A DNA stretch of 64,000 nt, from positions 160,001 through 224,000 of the forward strand of contig CAVYES010000004.1 of the NCBI GenBank assembly GCA_963767735.1. The letters are read 5' to 3'. The notes below the pieces were generated by a model, which was not told the DNA's origin, did no database searches, and saw only the letters and a program-made list of their open reading frames with translations. Both the position numbers and the translations under genes were made by a program. This document shows positions 43,333 to 53,824 of this stretch, in pieces. The first letter of the stretch is position 1. Each line of letters opens with the position of its first letter. Origin of the DNA: Candidatus Bathyarchaeota archaeon. GTDB lineage: Archaea > Thermoproteota > Bathyarchaeia > Bathyarchaeales > Bathycorpusculaceae.

Positions 43333-44196
43333 TTATTTTGTCAATGCGTACGATTGCTTTAACAATTCCACAGCATAATCAATTTGCCCTTCCTGCGTAA
43401 TCTTAATTTCTTTTTCTTCTCCATTTCCATCGTTGAAATACCATTTGTAGGTTTTTTCTGTAATCCACTTTTGAGGGTCAATAAGTGTTCTTGGGTTTGC
43501 TCTTAATCTGATGGTTATTCCATCTTTGCGAAGCATTAGCACTGCAAACCTGTTTCCTGGGCCTATCTGTCCTTTGAATAATTGAAAGTCATCTCCGCTT
43601 AATTCAGTGGTTAAATCGGAAAACTCCTTTACAATAGAAAGCATCAATTCTTTTACCAAAAGCCTAACCTGACTATCGTTATCTTCTATCTTCTTTTCCC
43701 AGCTCACGGGTATTTTTAATGATTCACTATTATCTTTCTGCTTAACAGAATTCTGAGTCACTAACGCTGTTTCAGATGTTTTTATTGGAACGTTCTGTTT
43801 TGTTTCTTGCAAAAACCTTTGCAGGTCGGCCTCCGCATTGTAGAGTTCTTTTACGGCATCCATTTTACGTTTCATTATAGTCCATTTGGTAACGCCAATC
43901 GTTTTGATGACTTCATCGTTTCTGATGTGGGTACCGTGTAGCTTCCCGTCATAGGTGAACCTGTATGCTTGGCAATCCAGTAGATACCTTTCCGAACATT
44001 CCTTCCAGTGAGCTTTACCTCCATCTTTATTTTGCTCAAGAATATAACCTAAGAAGCCCTCATTCTTCGTTGCATAATCTTCGTCAGTCACAACAAAAAT
44101 AATTTCAGAAACAGTACCACTCTCCACGGTTTCCCAAGTGACGTCGAAGACGCCGAGTTCCCGAACCAACTCTATCTTTACTTTTGTTGCATTCAT
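43333..44196 (-). CDS. Protein with a C-terminal DUF5655-like domain
   Basis: FAVL...I.I.L...L.DP...GNG..EIKI...IDYAVELLKQSY. Confidence 0.6.
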   Translation of the reverse strand: MNATKVKIELVRELGVFDVTWETVESGTVSEIIFVVTDEDYATKNEGFLGYILEQNKDGGKAHWKECSERYLLDCQAYRFTYDGKLHGTHIRNDEVIKTIGVTKWTIMKRKMDAVKELYNAEADLQRFLQETKQNVPIKTSETALVTQNSVKQKDNSESLKIPVSWEKKIEDNDSQVRLLVKELMLSIVKEFSDLTTELSGDDFQLFKGQIGPGNRFAVLMLRKDGITIRLRANPRTLIDPQKWITEKTYKWYFNDGNGEEKEIKITQEGQIDYAVELLKQSYALTK

Positions 44197-44257
44197 CTGC
44201 CAAACGCCATCCTTTTCACTTAATTGATTTTCTGTCGCATCTTACCATGTTTAACCA

Positions 44258-44710
44258 CTATAAATGTTTAGCCAAGTTTTTTGAGTTGCTTTCGGGGCAG
44301 TGAGGATTGAAGCAATTAAGACATCCTTTAGGGTGGGTTTGGCAAAGTTGTTTCTTCTTGAAACCCCATTTTTTTCTCAGCTCGTCAGCTTGTTCTTCTT
44401 GATCTTCTGATCTGCTTTTCGCTTTGGTGTAGCTGAGGTAGGCGTGGGCTATTTCGTGAGCTATTAGGGATTCTGAGTCTGTTCGTTTCAGAATTATCAT
44501 GTAGGGTTTGTTCATTTTTTCTACTTGTATAGTTTGACTTTGGCCTGCATGGAAAGAGATTTTCTGTAATGTAAATTGGTAAACTTCTTCAGGTAATCTT
44601 GCAAGAGCATTTAGTAGTCTTGCGTGAAGGTTACTCCATCGTTGAGCAAGACGGATAAATTCATCTATGTCACTGTTGAAGTCTACTACTGACATGGGTC
44701 TTCTTTTCAT
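44258..44710 (-). CDS. HEXXH zinc-metallopeptidase-like protein (ImmA/IrrE-like) with a Cys tail
   Basis: IAHEIAH...EEQAD...WGF. Confidence 0.6.
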   Translation of the reverse strand: MKRRPMSVVDFNSDIDEFIRLAQRWSNLHARLLNALARLPEEVYQFTLQKISFHAGQSQTIQVEKMNKPYMIILKRTDSESLIAHEIAHAYLSYTKAKSRSEDQEEQADELRKKWGFKKKQLCQTHPKGCLNCFNPHCPESNSKNLAKHL

Positions 44711-44803
44711 ACTTATTCTCCATATTTCTCTTGGTGGTGTTCTTATCGTACATCTATTTTAGCTGTTTTCCTCACATTGGACACACAGAAAAACAAAACT
44801 AAA

Positions 44804-45115
44804 CTATGAAAATCTTGTTGAGCGGACCAATGCTTTAAAGTACATAACTATTCTGGTTCCGTAACAATTATAATAATGCCCCCAGCAGCATTCGTAACCT
44901 CGTGCAGATTCCGTTCGCTTCCCATTCTTTTCATGCAGAAAAACTATTACTCGTTCACCCGAATGTTGCCCTCGCGTAGCCAATGTTGCTTTTGCAATAA
45001 ATGGTTTCCCTTCTATCTCCGTCTGCAAAGAAAGCTCACCTTTAATATTCAAAGAATCCCATACTTTATCAAATTCACAATCCAATCTCACAGTTCCTCG
45101 ATGGGGCTCAAACAT
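44804..45115 (-). CDS. Hypothetical protein
   Basis: ORF with CCWG.Y.NC motif. Confidence 0.5.
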   Translation of the reverse strand: MFEPHRGTVRLDCEFDKVWDSLNIKGELSLQTEIEGKPFIAKATLATRGQHSGERVIVFLHEKNGKRTESARGYECCWGHYYNCYGTRIVMYFKALVRSTRFS

Positions 45116-45249
45116 ACATTTTTCCTAATCTATTCTTTTCATGTTAACAAATATTAGCCTTTCAATTTAACATAAAGGGAAAAAGTAGGGTATGAGTATT
45201 TTTAGGTTCAAGTTATAATAGTAACCATCAATCGTTTGGATGATAGAAA

Positions 45250-45927
45250 ATGGGATTAATAGGCTCCATTATGGTGCGGCTGCTTAGAGCACAACCATTT
45301 GAAATGCAAGCACTTGACACACTAGCAGAGAGTATGAAAGCAACTTCAATCCTCAAAAAAGATAGGTTCCATCGCTATTACAAATCGAGTATTCTTCCCA
45401 TTCCTTGCTTAGCCTACTCTGACGCGCTTGTCTTTAACTCCAATTATTATCAAATGCTTTCGCCTGATGAAGTTCTAGCAATTGGCGCCCACGAATTTAA
45501 TCACATAGCGAAAAGGCATATTGTAAAGAGGCTACCTCGAACGGTTCTTCCCGCTGCAATGCTTACTGTTGTGGCAGGTTACCTGTTTTTTATTAACTCT
45601 AACTCATTTCTGTTCATTGCATCGGCAGCGGTTCTGTCTTTCTTTTTCTTTTTGTTTGGTTCGTATTATGTTAACGCTAAATGGTTTAGAAAACAAGAAA
45701 CTGAATCTGACCTTAGTGCTGTCGAGTTCGTTAATGGAGCTGCCATGATATCTGCCCTGGCGAGGCTTCGTCCACAAAAAACAAGTTGGCTTTCTAAATT
45801 GATGCCTCATACCCATCCAACTATAGAGCAAAGAATACATGATATTCAAGCGGCTATGAGTGCTAAAAATTCATTTAACTTTACTATTACTTTTGGTGAC
45901 GGCACTTCTAAGCGATACTTATACTAG
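45250..45927 (+). CDS. M48/HtpX-like membrane zinc peptidase
   Basis: AHEFNH, two TMs, ETESD, THPTIEQRI. Confidence 0.8.
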   Translation: MGLIGSIMVRLLRAQPFEMQALDTLAESMKATSILKKDRFHRYYKSSILPIPCLAYSDALVFNSNYYQMLSPDEVLAIGAHEFNHIAKRHIVKRLPRTVLPAAMLTVVAGYLFFINSNSFLFIASAAVLSFFFFLFGSYYVNAKWFRKQETESDLSAVEFVNGAAMISALARLRPQKTSWLSKLMPHTHPTIEQRIHDIQAAMSAKNSFNFTITFGDGTSKRYLY

Positions 45928-46179
45928 ATTTTGTTCGGCCTACGCGCATAAATCCGTTGAAAATGCCAAATGGTTCCAAAAGTTCAAACGATATTCAGTT
46001 GGCTTTTAAGTTGAAGTGCGATTCCCTACCCCTCTTAGACGTCAAGGAAGAGTTTTAGCGCTCCGCGCTAGTTTGGGATGTTTGGCTTGTTGTTTTTTGG
46101 CGTTGGTGACTGCTTTTATTGTGAGTTTCTTTGTCTGATAGAACAACAACAGTGGTGTTGCCATTTCTGTTCAGGCTGG

Positions 46180-46301
46180 TTTGGGTTGCTTTTTTGAAGC
46201 AAAACCTAAATCGTTTGCAGGTTGCCTATTAAAATATCCTAGCATATCCTAGAATATCCCAGGTGGATGTTGTTTGTTTGCCGTTAACACAAAGAGTCAT
46301 T
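46180..46301 (+). pseudogene. Promoter, 10-bp repeats and first codons (MPLTQRVI) of a second AbrB-like MPLT gene
   Basis: 46180-46225 is the reverse complement of 10762-10807 (5 mismatches in 46); three 10-bp repeats at 46233-46262; TTG at 46278. Confidence 0.75.
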
Positions 46302-46548
46302 TTAGTGCGCATGGCTGTTCCAAAATTTGTCAAAAATGTCATATTTCCTTTTTTGCTCTCTGTCACACGTAAGTTGACCATTCACAACACACGCTTTAAA
46401 GCTTGACCCAAAAGCAGAAAGGGACTTAAAACCATTTTTCACCATTTTAGGGAACACGCATGCTCGCCGCGCACCATTTTCATTTCACTAAAAACGTTTC
46501 GGCGCTGGATACACCCAAAATGCCAAGAGTTCCGACCTCAGAAAGAGA

Positions 46549-46645
46549 CGGGCCCGGTGGGATTTGAACCCACGATCTCCGGCTATCTTCCGCTCATAGG
46601 AGCGTCCGAAGGCCGACACCTTAATCCGTGCTAGGCTACGAGCCC
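46549..46645 (-). tRNA. tRNA-Arg(TCG) with a 21-nt canonical 37/38 intron (46585-46605)
   Basis: Acceptor GGGCTCG/CGGGCCC, T arm GTGGG-TTCAAAT-CCCAC, BHB motif (CTTC/GAAG helix, GGA and ATA bulges). Confidence 0.95.
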
Positions 46646-46772
46646 TTTTCCATGCCTGAACTCTAGTATACGGTGCTAAAGGTGATATATTTGTGACATG
46701 TGTACTAGTGCCTTCAGCTTCGGATTTCGTGTTTGTAAGGGCAGAGGCAATATTTAGACTTTGCATGTCAAG

Positions 46773-48209
46773 TCAATCCGTCTTGGGTTTTCGGTAGAAG
46801 TGTACGCCGTTCATCTCGTCGAATTTCTCGTATCCTTTCCTGGCTACTTCTCTGAGTTCCTGCGGATTTCTTACCTCGACTATGTCGTATTCTTGGTCGC
46901 CGAAGCATTGAGCTGCAAGCTGCGCGTAGATCTGAACATAAGCTAATGAGCTGTGGCCTAGTAGATATTGGACTGCGTCTGGGTTGCCTTTGGCGTGGCG
47001 TTCTTTGGTTGCTCTCCAGTATCGGCAGCTGTAGAAGCTGATCTTTTTCAGTTCTGGATTGTTGAGTTTCTTAACTGCCCGGTTGCGCATTCTTCTGAAG
47101 ATGCATCCGGCGTTGTCAATGTTACCATAGGTGAAGACAAGTTTTCCGTTTAAGTGGGGCAGCGATAACAGCATATCTATCAGTGCTTCGCTTACCTGGA
47201 TGCTTCGGCAGTTACCGCCTTTCGCTGGATGATTGATGTTTATTCGTTTGTGTGGCTTGTCAATGTCCACCCATTCAATTCTCAAGGTTTCGATGGGTCG
47301 AGCTGCGGTTGCTTGCATTGTGAAACAGAAGGCGGCCATCTGAGTGCTGCAGCTTGAAAAAAGTTGGTCCTGATGTTCTTTTGGCGGTATGTAGGGGATT
47401 TTTCGTTTGAATTTGACTCTCGGTATATCTGCTTTGATGTTGTTGTGGGCCAAGAAGCTTTTGTAGGCCTTGGTTAACCCATTCTTTCTTATGGGAGTCA
47501 CGGTTTTTAATGCGTCTGAAGCCATGACTTCCCTGAAAGAGTCAGGATCGTACAGGTTAACGCCGAGTTTTGCTAGCCGTAGTAGGCTGTAGCCGTAATT
47601 GCGTACTGTTACGTCTACTTTGCCTTCAAGTTTGAGCTGGTGCTGGAAGTCTTTGATGACGATTTCGATGCCTTTCTCCGGTTGTTGCTGTTGTTTTTCT
47701 CCCTGCAAAACGCCCTTTTGTTCGGACGTTTGCAGCGTCAAATTTTTCGCTCCTTGCGCATATTTGGCGTTTTCTTGTATGCCAACCTGACTATTTATGC
47801 CTTCATTCAAATCCAAAGGGAGATAGCTGTTGGCAACTTGTTTAGCTCGTTCAAGGTCGTTGGGATCAGAGAAGCGTCGTCCGCAGGACTTGCAAACATA
47901 ACGCTGTATCTTAACATCGAAGTTACTGGTTGAAGTTCCGTTTTTAGAAACTCGGTGGCTGCCACATTCCGGGCACTGGGGGCTGGCACCGGCGTCCTCA
48001 GTTAGGGGCGACTTGCGACTAGTTAAACCGGCTTTACCAAATATGCGACTCTTCGCAAGTCCAGCTTTCCCCGCATCGTCTACTGATTCGGTTTCAGTCA
48101 CGTGGATCCCTTCCTTGCCTTCTGAGCGAATCGTAACCCCTGTCGTACCCCCATTTGGTTGAGGAGGGACCACTTGGTCCCGTCTGGTAACGATTTGTGC
48201 GCGAAACAA
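46773..48209 (-). CDS. Tyrosine integrase with an N-terminal Zn ribbon
   Basis: CPECGS...CKSCG; catalytic R (ARPIE), K (AKGG), YxxR in place of HxxR, LGH, Y; adjacent to a tRNA. Confidence 0.9.
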   Translation of the reverse strand: MFRAQIVTRRDQVVPPQPNGGTTGVTIRSEGKEGIHVTETESVDDAGKAGLAKSRIFGKAGLTSRKSPLTEDAGASPQCPECGSHRVSKNGTSTSNFDVKIQRYVCKSCGRRFSDPNDLERAKQVANSYLPLDLNEGINSQVGIQENAKYAQGAKNLTLQTSEQKGVLQGEKQQQQPEKGIEIVIKDFQHQLKLEGKVDVTVRNYGYSLLRLAKLGVNLYDPDSFREVMASDALKTVTPIRKNGLTKAYKSFLAHNNIKADIPRVKFKRKIPYIPPKEHQDQLFSSCSTQMAAFCFTMQATAARPIETLRIEWVDIDKPHKRININHPAKGGNCRSIQVSEALIDMLLSLPHLNGKLVFTYGNIDNAGCIFRRMRNRAVKKLNNPELKKISFYSCRYWRATKERHAKGNPDAVQYLLGHSSLAYVQIYAQLAAQCFGDQEYDIVEVRNPQELREVARKGYEKFDEMNGVHFYRKPKTD

Positions 48210-48489
48210 ACCAGGTTTTTCTCTTCGGGTGTTTTCAGGAGATTTCTTATTTTCTGAATCGCAACCTGTAGTCTATTCTGTTTTTCATGCACCTGGCGCA
48301 GAAAAGCCTGATTTGAGGCGATTTCAAGCTCTAGAATCGTAACCACATTTCGCAGGGTGCCCTTTTTCTCGCAATTTCTCGCATATTCAGGACATTTCAG
48401 CCCATTTCTCCATTTTGGAATCGTAACCCTACTGTACACCCCCTTACCCTCAGAAGCACCTGGGCAGTCCTGAAACTGGGTTACGATTT
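48128..48489. repeat. Six copies of RAATCG(T/C)(A/T)ACC, four direct and two inverted
   Basis: Copies at 48128, 48256, 48334, 48418 (+) and 48186, 48478 (-). Confidence 0.8.
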
Positions 48490-48768
48490 GAGAGTTCATC
48501 TTAGATAACGCTCCTCAATGTCATCGGCTTGCCTGATGAGATCTCTGATGGCTTGTTCAGACAAAGGAATCGCCGGCTTCCATCTCAGTTGTTCAAGGGC
48601 GTCTTTGCGGGCGATTCTCTGAAGCCTCCTTTTCTTGAATTTGTAGAGTGCCACGCGATGGCTTGTCTTGCAGAATTTGCCCTTCGGATTCAGGGGCGTA
48701 AATGCTTTTCCGCACCATAAACAGTGTTTTTCCTTTCCAATGCAGGGCCTGTTTTGAACGCTAGCTAA

Positions 48769-49074
48769 CTACGAAGCCTCCTTGACTTGCGATATAATAC
48801 CGCATGCTATTGGTTTTTGCAGGGCAGGCCTGATAGCACGCGCTATACAGTTTTTAAGAGTTACTAATCCGATGCTTTGGCCATTGCAGGGTTGTAAGTT
48901 AGGTGTTGTTCTATTGTGCTCAACGAGAATTATTCGACTGGTTTCTTTTGATAACCAGCTTATCGTTTCACGTTCTACTGCTTCTTCTAGGGGTTGCTCT
49001 AAATTTTTGAAGAGCACGTGATCTTTATAGCGCACGTAAACGGGAGAACCCAGAGAAAAAGCTTGAGAAGCCAT
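48769..49074 (-). CDS. Hypothetical protein
   Basis: GGTGA SD; VYVRYKDHVLFKN...ERET.WL motif. Confidence 0.55.
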   Translation of the reverse strand: MASQAFSLGSPVYVRYKDHVLFKNLEQPLEEAVERETISWLSKETSRIILVEHNRTTPNLQPCNGQSIGLVTLKNCIARAIRPALQKPIACGIISQVKEAS

Positions 49075-49097
49075 TAGGTCACCTATGTTTGAGCTAA

Positions 49098-49436
49098 TTA
49101 TGTGCCTTCGTTGATTTCGGCTGTTTTGGTGAAGAGTTTTTGGAGTTCACAGTGTTCTTGCATGAATGTGGTTAATGCTTTTTCCGTGAAACCTGGTATC
49201 TTTGGAAATGCTCCGAGTCCCCTATCATAGATGATGTATAGCGAGTCTACGCCTTCTTTTTGGAGTGCTTCAGCAAACTCTTTGGGAAGGGTCAGCGTGT
49301 ATTGTGTGGAGCCGTCGCGTTTTTGCAGCTTGATTATTTTGTGTTCAACTATTTTAGGTATGCTCATTTCATTCATCTCAGCGATTGACTGGGATAATAT
49401 TAGACGATAATTATTTAAGCAATGCTTCACAAACAT
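49098..49436 (-). CDS. AbrB/MazE-like DNA-binding protein
   Basis: KLQKRDGSTQYTLTLPKEFA; true start probably internal. Confidence 0.65.
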   Translation of the reverse strand: MFVKHCLNNYRLILSQSIAEMNEMSIPKIVEHKIIKLQKRDGSTQYTLTLPKEFAEALQKEGVDSLYIIYDRGLGAFPKIPGFTEKALTTFMQEHCELQKLFTKTAEINEGT

Positions 49437-49455
49437 CCCAACTGGTAACTGAGAT

Positions 49456-50265
49456 ATGGCTGACGTGGCTACTTCAGAAACAGATCAGATTTCAAAAACC
49501 GAGCTCATACTATCGCATATAGCTGAGCAAGGACCTAAAACAGAATACGACCTATACAAACAATTTCCAAAATTAAGCCATGGAACAATCCATTTCTGCC
49601 TCAACAAACTAACCCAAGAGGGCCTCATAACATACTCCAAAATCAAAACTGGAAAAAAACAAATAAAGAAACAGTATCATCTAACTTTCATAGGGACAGT
49701 ATCTTATATTGGTAGTTTTCTTCACTGGCAAAGTGAGGAATTGACCGATAATCAGATAGCCGAACGCTTGAAATATTTTGATGAAGAGGAGCAAGGGGAG
49801 ATCATAGAGTTTCTATCCAAACAGGGGAAACTGCTCAAGTATGCGATTTTTGAAGAAAGCAAATGGCTGACACAACATTATCCAAGAATTGCAAGGGTGC
49901 TTGTAGTTATTGCCAATTCTATTTGCCGTAATCCTCCTAAACCCTATAAGAATCTGCTTCTAGTTGCAGTTGCCCACACAAATACAAAGACTTATTCCAC
50001 GTCCATAGATGAGAAAGGAGTTGAGGAAAAACTTCCAAGTGCCGAGGAGTTAATGGGGTTGGAGCAAGATGCTTTTAGAGACGAGTTTACTCGAATTTTT
50101 TTTGAGATAATAGTTTTTATGAAGCATGACGGCAAAGCTACTGCCAATCTTAGGCTTCGGCGGTTAGCTGAGGAAGAGCTTGAGGAAAGAAGACACGAAG
50201 CTTCAGAAGTAGAACTGGCTATACGACTATTTAGTGGGGGAGAGACTAAAACAAAAATAACTTAA
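49456..50265 (+). CDS. Winged-HTH regulator, divergent from the integrase operon
   Basis: KTEYDL...SHGTIHFCLNKL..EGLI...YHLTFIG. Confidence 0.7.
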   Translation: MADVATSETDQISKTELILSHIAEQGPKTEYDLYKQFPKLSHGTIHFCLNKLTQEGLITYSKIKTGKKQIKKQYHLTFIGTVSYIGSFLHWQSEELTDNQIAERLKYFDEEEQGEIIEFLSKQGKLLKYAIFEESKWLTQHYPRIARVLVVIANSICRNPPKPYKNLLLVAVAHTNTKTYSTSIDEKGVEEKLPSAEELMGLEQDAFRDEFTRIFFEIIVFMKHDGKATANLRLRRLAEEELEERRHEASEVELAIRLFSGGETKTKIT

Positions 50266-50527
50266 AATCAACACTTTCGCAGTAGCCAAGGTCTGAGCCG
50301 ACAGGTTGTTTAGGAAGGAAGGTGTTGAGTCTTCGTAATTGTGTAAGCATCAGGATATCGCCGTTGGTTAATCCGCTTGGCTACGTTAATTTGAGGTATT
50401 TGTTAGGGTGACAAAAAGTTTATTTAACAAGCGATAATGTGTTCTAAACAATGGTTAAAACATTGGTAAATTTGTCTTCTTTCTGCGGGTTCTCCGCTGA
50501 ACAAGGGGTTTTGCAGGGAGAAAAAGC

Positions 50528-51202
50528 TTGGAAAACGAACATTTTACTGGAATAGGCGAAATTAGGGAATTTCAGCAGGGAAAAAAGCGACATTTCAGCA
50601 GCAAAAGCGGGCATTCTAAGGTAAAAGATGCGTCATATCGCAAGGTTTCGGTCTACACTAAGAGCATGGAGCGATATATGAAGGAAAGAGAGCGACGGCG
50701 ACAGGTCCGGCTTTTAGCTGAAAAGGGATTTTCGCAGAAGCAGATCGCAAGTGAGCTGGGTGTTTCTACTCGGACCGTTAAGCGTGACTGGGATAAGATT
50801 CGACCATACGTTAAAGGTCAAACCCGCAAGGAAATTAGAGCGGTTGTGGATGAGCGTCAGAAAGAGTTTGAGCGGCGGTATGAAGGGTTAACGGTTAATG
50901 AAGAGCTTAAGCTTCTCAAGCAAGACATTAGAGCGACCGCTAAGAAGGTGCATCGGCTGCAGCCAAATCATACGCGGCAAGAACTGCGTCAGCAACCCAT
51001 TCGGCAGTTAGATTATGTTTTGGATCTTGATTCTCCGGCAGCTGACGGTTTTCCCCTTGTAATCTTTCCATTTCAAGGCGACAACATGCAGTTTACGGGC
51101 GACTTTGAAATAAGGTTCTCGGTAATAAAGAATGGAGAAAAAAGAGAACTACTCAATATCGGCATTTCAACGAATACAACCGCCCCGTTTCATAGCCCTT
51201 GA
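50528..51202 (+). CDS. HTH DNA-binding protein
   Basis: GFSQKQIASELGVSTRTVKRD. Confidence 0.75.
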   Translation: MENEHFTGIGEIREFQQGKKRHFSSKSGHSKVKDASYRKVSVYTKSMERYMKERERRRQVRLLAEKGFSQKQIASELGVSTRTVKRDWDKIRPYVKGQTRKEIRAVVDERQKEFERRYEGLTVNEELKLLKQDIRATAKKVHRLQPNHTRQELRQQPIRQLDYVLDLDSPAADGFPLVIFPFQGDNMQFTGDFEIRFSVIKNGEKRELLNIGISTNTTAPFHSP

Positions 51203-51649
51203 TCTTTGATCGACAGATTGCAAAATTCAAAAGTTGTCAAAGCTTAAGGCTCATTCTCCGGATTATCTGCATCATTAGGAATAGCCAGTCTTTCTCATCA
51301 TTATCTGGCTCTTCTTCAAACATGCCTCAATCTCAATCACATATTTTAGATTCTGTTAGGTTATTTGTCATACGGACTATATTGGATAATGTTCACAATT
51401 TCTCCAAGCGGAACGGGCTTGGTTGCTCATTATCTTTAAAGGAATTATTTTGCATTGCCGTAAAAGTTCGCCATTTTTTTGCGTTTAAATTCGATTAAAT
51501 AAGGGCAATCACTGCATCTTGGACTCAATCTATAATCCCCTTATCGTATATCCTAGATTTCGTTTATCTATATTCGGGTATCTTAAGGTGTAGCACAAGC
51601 TATTTACACCTTAAGGTATCTTATAGTATACTTGTAAGAGTGTGGAATA

Positions 51650-52783
51650 ATGATAAGCGTACGTGTCAACTGCTTCAAGCCGTCGGTTGATGGATTCCAA
51701 TTCGGGAATCAATGGCCGCCGGGAACCCCTGATTATATAGTCAATATCCTGGGGCAGAATGTCACCATAGGAAGCGCAGCAAACGGTCTTTGTGGGGGCA
51801 TGGTCTACGCCGTGGCGGACATATTCGAGGCGGGTGATCTCCCTCCAGCCATCACCACTCCGCCAGCAGCAGGAACGTCGTTGTTCACCTATATCGTCGC
51901 ACGCCTGACGAACAGCTTCGACTGGGATGATGTAAATCAATACCTGTCCTGGATCCAGATGTCGGATCATGACACAGGTTTCGATACTCCATTTGGCCAT
52001 GTGACTACGGCACGTGGTCTTGCGTGGCATGAAATCACTGAAGAGTGGCCCAAGATTAAGGCAGATCTCGATGGCGGCTCCGTTTCGCTTCTAGGGCTGG
52101 TTCATGGTCAGGAGCCACCCACCATCGGTTTCATCACGGGACTACAGGATCTCGGTGGGTGTCATCAGGTGCTCGCGTGGGGATATGACTTGGATGGCAC
52201 GAACCTCACCATCTACATCTACGATCCCGACAATACTGGAGATGGAAACACCATTACCCTGGACATCGGTAACCCTGCCCACACGACACCGATCTCCGTA
52301 TCCCAGTGGCCCAACGGGACATTTCGTGGATTTTTCAGGACTCACTATCAGTTCCACGATCCCACGACCCCGGCCTCTGGCTCACTCGTTGGCATCGGCG
52401 TTGTCAGTAGCCCCGGGTTGACCGGATTGGCGCTCAACCCCTGTCTCCAGCCTCCACCTCCACAACTTTTAATGATTGTCACGGCTAGTCCTTTCCCCGT
52501 TCCTCTCAACACGCCAGTCGCGCTGACGGTCTCTGCTGAGGATGCCGCGACTCATGTGCCGCTCGATGGCACTGTCACTCTTCTGAATTATCCTGGTCCC
52601 AAGATCATCTCGTTTCCTACGGGCAAGCCGTTCCAGGTGACGCTGGGGTTAGGAACAATAACGGTGCAGAAGAGGATCAACATGGATGGATCGTTCAAGA
52701 TAGTGCAGGTCAAGGAAACAATCTACCCTGGGGTTACGGTTTCCGTTCCCAAGTATCGTGCTGGTGGTCTAACATTTCAGTGA
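51650..52783 (+). CDS. Papain-fold cysteine-peptidase-like protein with a C-terminal beta domain
   Basis: Cys (GLCGGM), His (HQVLAWGY), Asp (IYDP) triad pattern; visibly GC-richer DNA. Confidence 0.6.
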   Translation: MISVRVNCFKPSVDGFQFGNQWPPGTPDYIVNILGQNVTIGSAANGLCGGMVYAVADIFEAGDLPPAITTPPAAGTSLFTYIVARLTNSFDWDDVNQYLSWIQMSDHDTGFDTPFGHVTTARGLAWHEITEEWPKIKADLDGGSVSLLGLVHGQEPPTIGFITGLQDLGGCHQVLAWGYDLDGTNLTIYIYDPDNTGDGNTITLDIGNPAHTTPISVSQWPNGTFRGFFRTHYQFHDPTTPASGSLVGIGVVSSPGLTGLALNPCLQPPPPQLLMIVTASPFPVPLNTPVALTVSAEDAATHVPLDGTVTLLNYPGPKIISFPTGKPFQVTLGLGTITVQKRINMDGSFKIVQVKETIYPGVTVSVPKYRAGGLTFQ

Positions 52784-53004
52784 ACTCTGACTCGAAAGCT
52801 CTTGTTGCAACCGGCGTTGACAAGCTGCTTGGCTGGTGGTTGACGGGTAAACATAGAGTGGGCCTGTTACCGGAGCCCCGAGGCCAGCAGAGTTCATTGA
52901 GGAAGAGGTATTCTCTATGATTTGTTTTATGATCACTGGTGTTTTTTTCTGTTTCGGCTTCTTCGAAAAGTTTGGTTATTACCTCTTTTGAGTTGTCAAC
53001 AGGT

Positions 53005-53590
53005 TCAGCTTTGGTTTCCTGCCCTAATGCAACGGTTTCTCATTGCTAATTTCAGAAACTCGAGACTCGATATAGCATTTCGATAGTATTTGTCTTTGAG
53101 TTCTTCGAGCTTCTTTTCAAGTTCAATGAATCGCTGGTCATCTTGGTACTTGTAGAGTTTATAGACTATTTTTAGTTCAAATGTATTTGCTTTTCTTTTA
53201 GTGTTTCCGCGGTTGATTTGCTCAAGAATATGTTCATCCATAACTATTGTATCTAAAATCATGTCTAATTTCTTGAACTGTGACTTCATCGTGTATTAGT
53301 TTGATGTTTTTTCTCCCATTGCGTGCCATAAGAGTTTTCCTCTACCGCTTGTGGGGGGCTGATTGATTCGTAGACCTGTGTTAGCACTTATAGGCCTTCT
53401 CAAATGCTTTTAGAATAGGGTCTGGGGGATATTGCTTCCCAATGTTTGCTTAGATAAGAGTAGTCTGCCGCAAACTTGTCTCGCATTTTGTGGGTTGGAA
53501 AAGAGTCTTGTGCTGCTAATAATCCTTTGCGCCCTTCTTCAGTTCTATTGATGGCATTGTTTGGGAACATCGTTCCTCGAAGATCAACCT
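53005..53590 (-). pseudogene. Degraded C-terminal part of a type I restriction HsdR subunit
   Basis: Fragments in several frames: GLLAAQ..RDKFAADYSYL..WEAISP; LTQVYES..SGRGKLLWHAMG; LEELKDKY...SSLEFLK. Confidence 0.65.
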
Positions 53591-53824
53591 GCAAGCTGTC
53601 GAACTCTATTTTTTCATGGAGGTCGACTGAAGAACGATAAACTACAAACTGAACATCGTCTTGAGTTTCATACCCGTACGCCGAGTTGCGGACGACCCTC
53701 AATTTGCAACGCAGCATCCCAAACCTAAACTTATGTGACCTTAATTCATTGAATTTTCGAGGTCTAAGTGTAACCTTTTGTGAACGATATTGGTTCTACC
53801 AATAGCCTAACCTGCACGTTCTGT

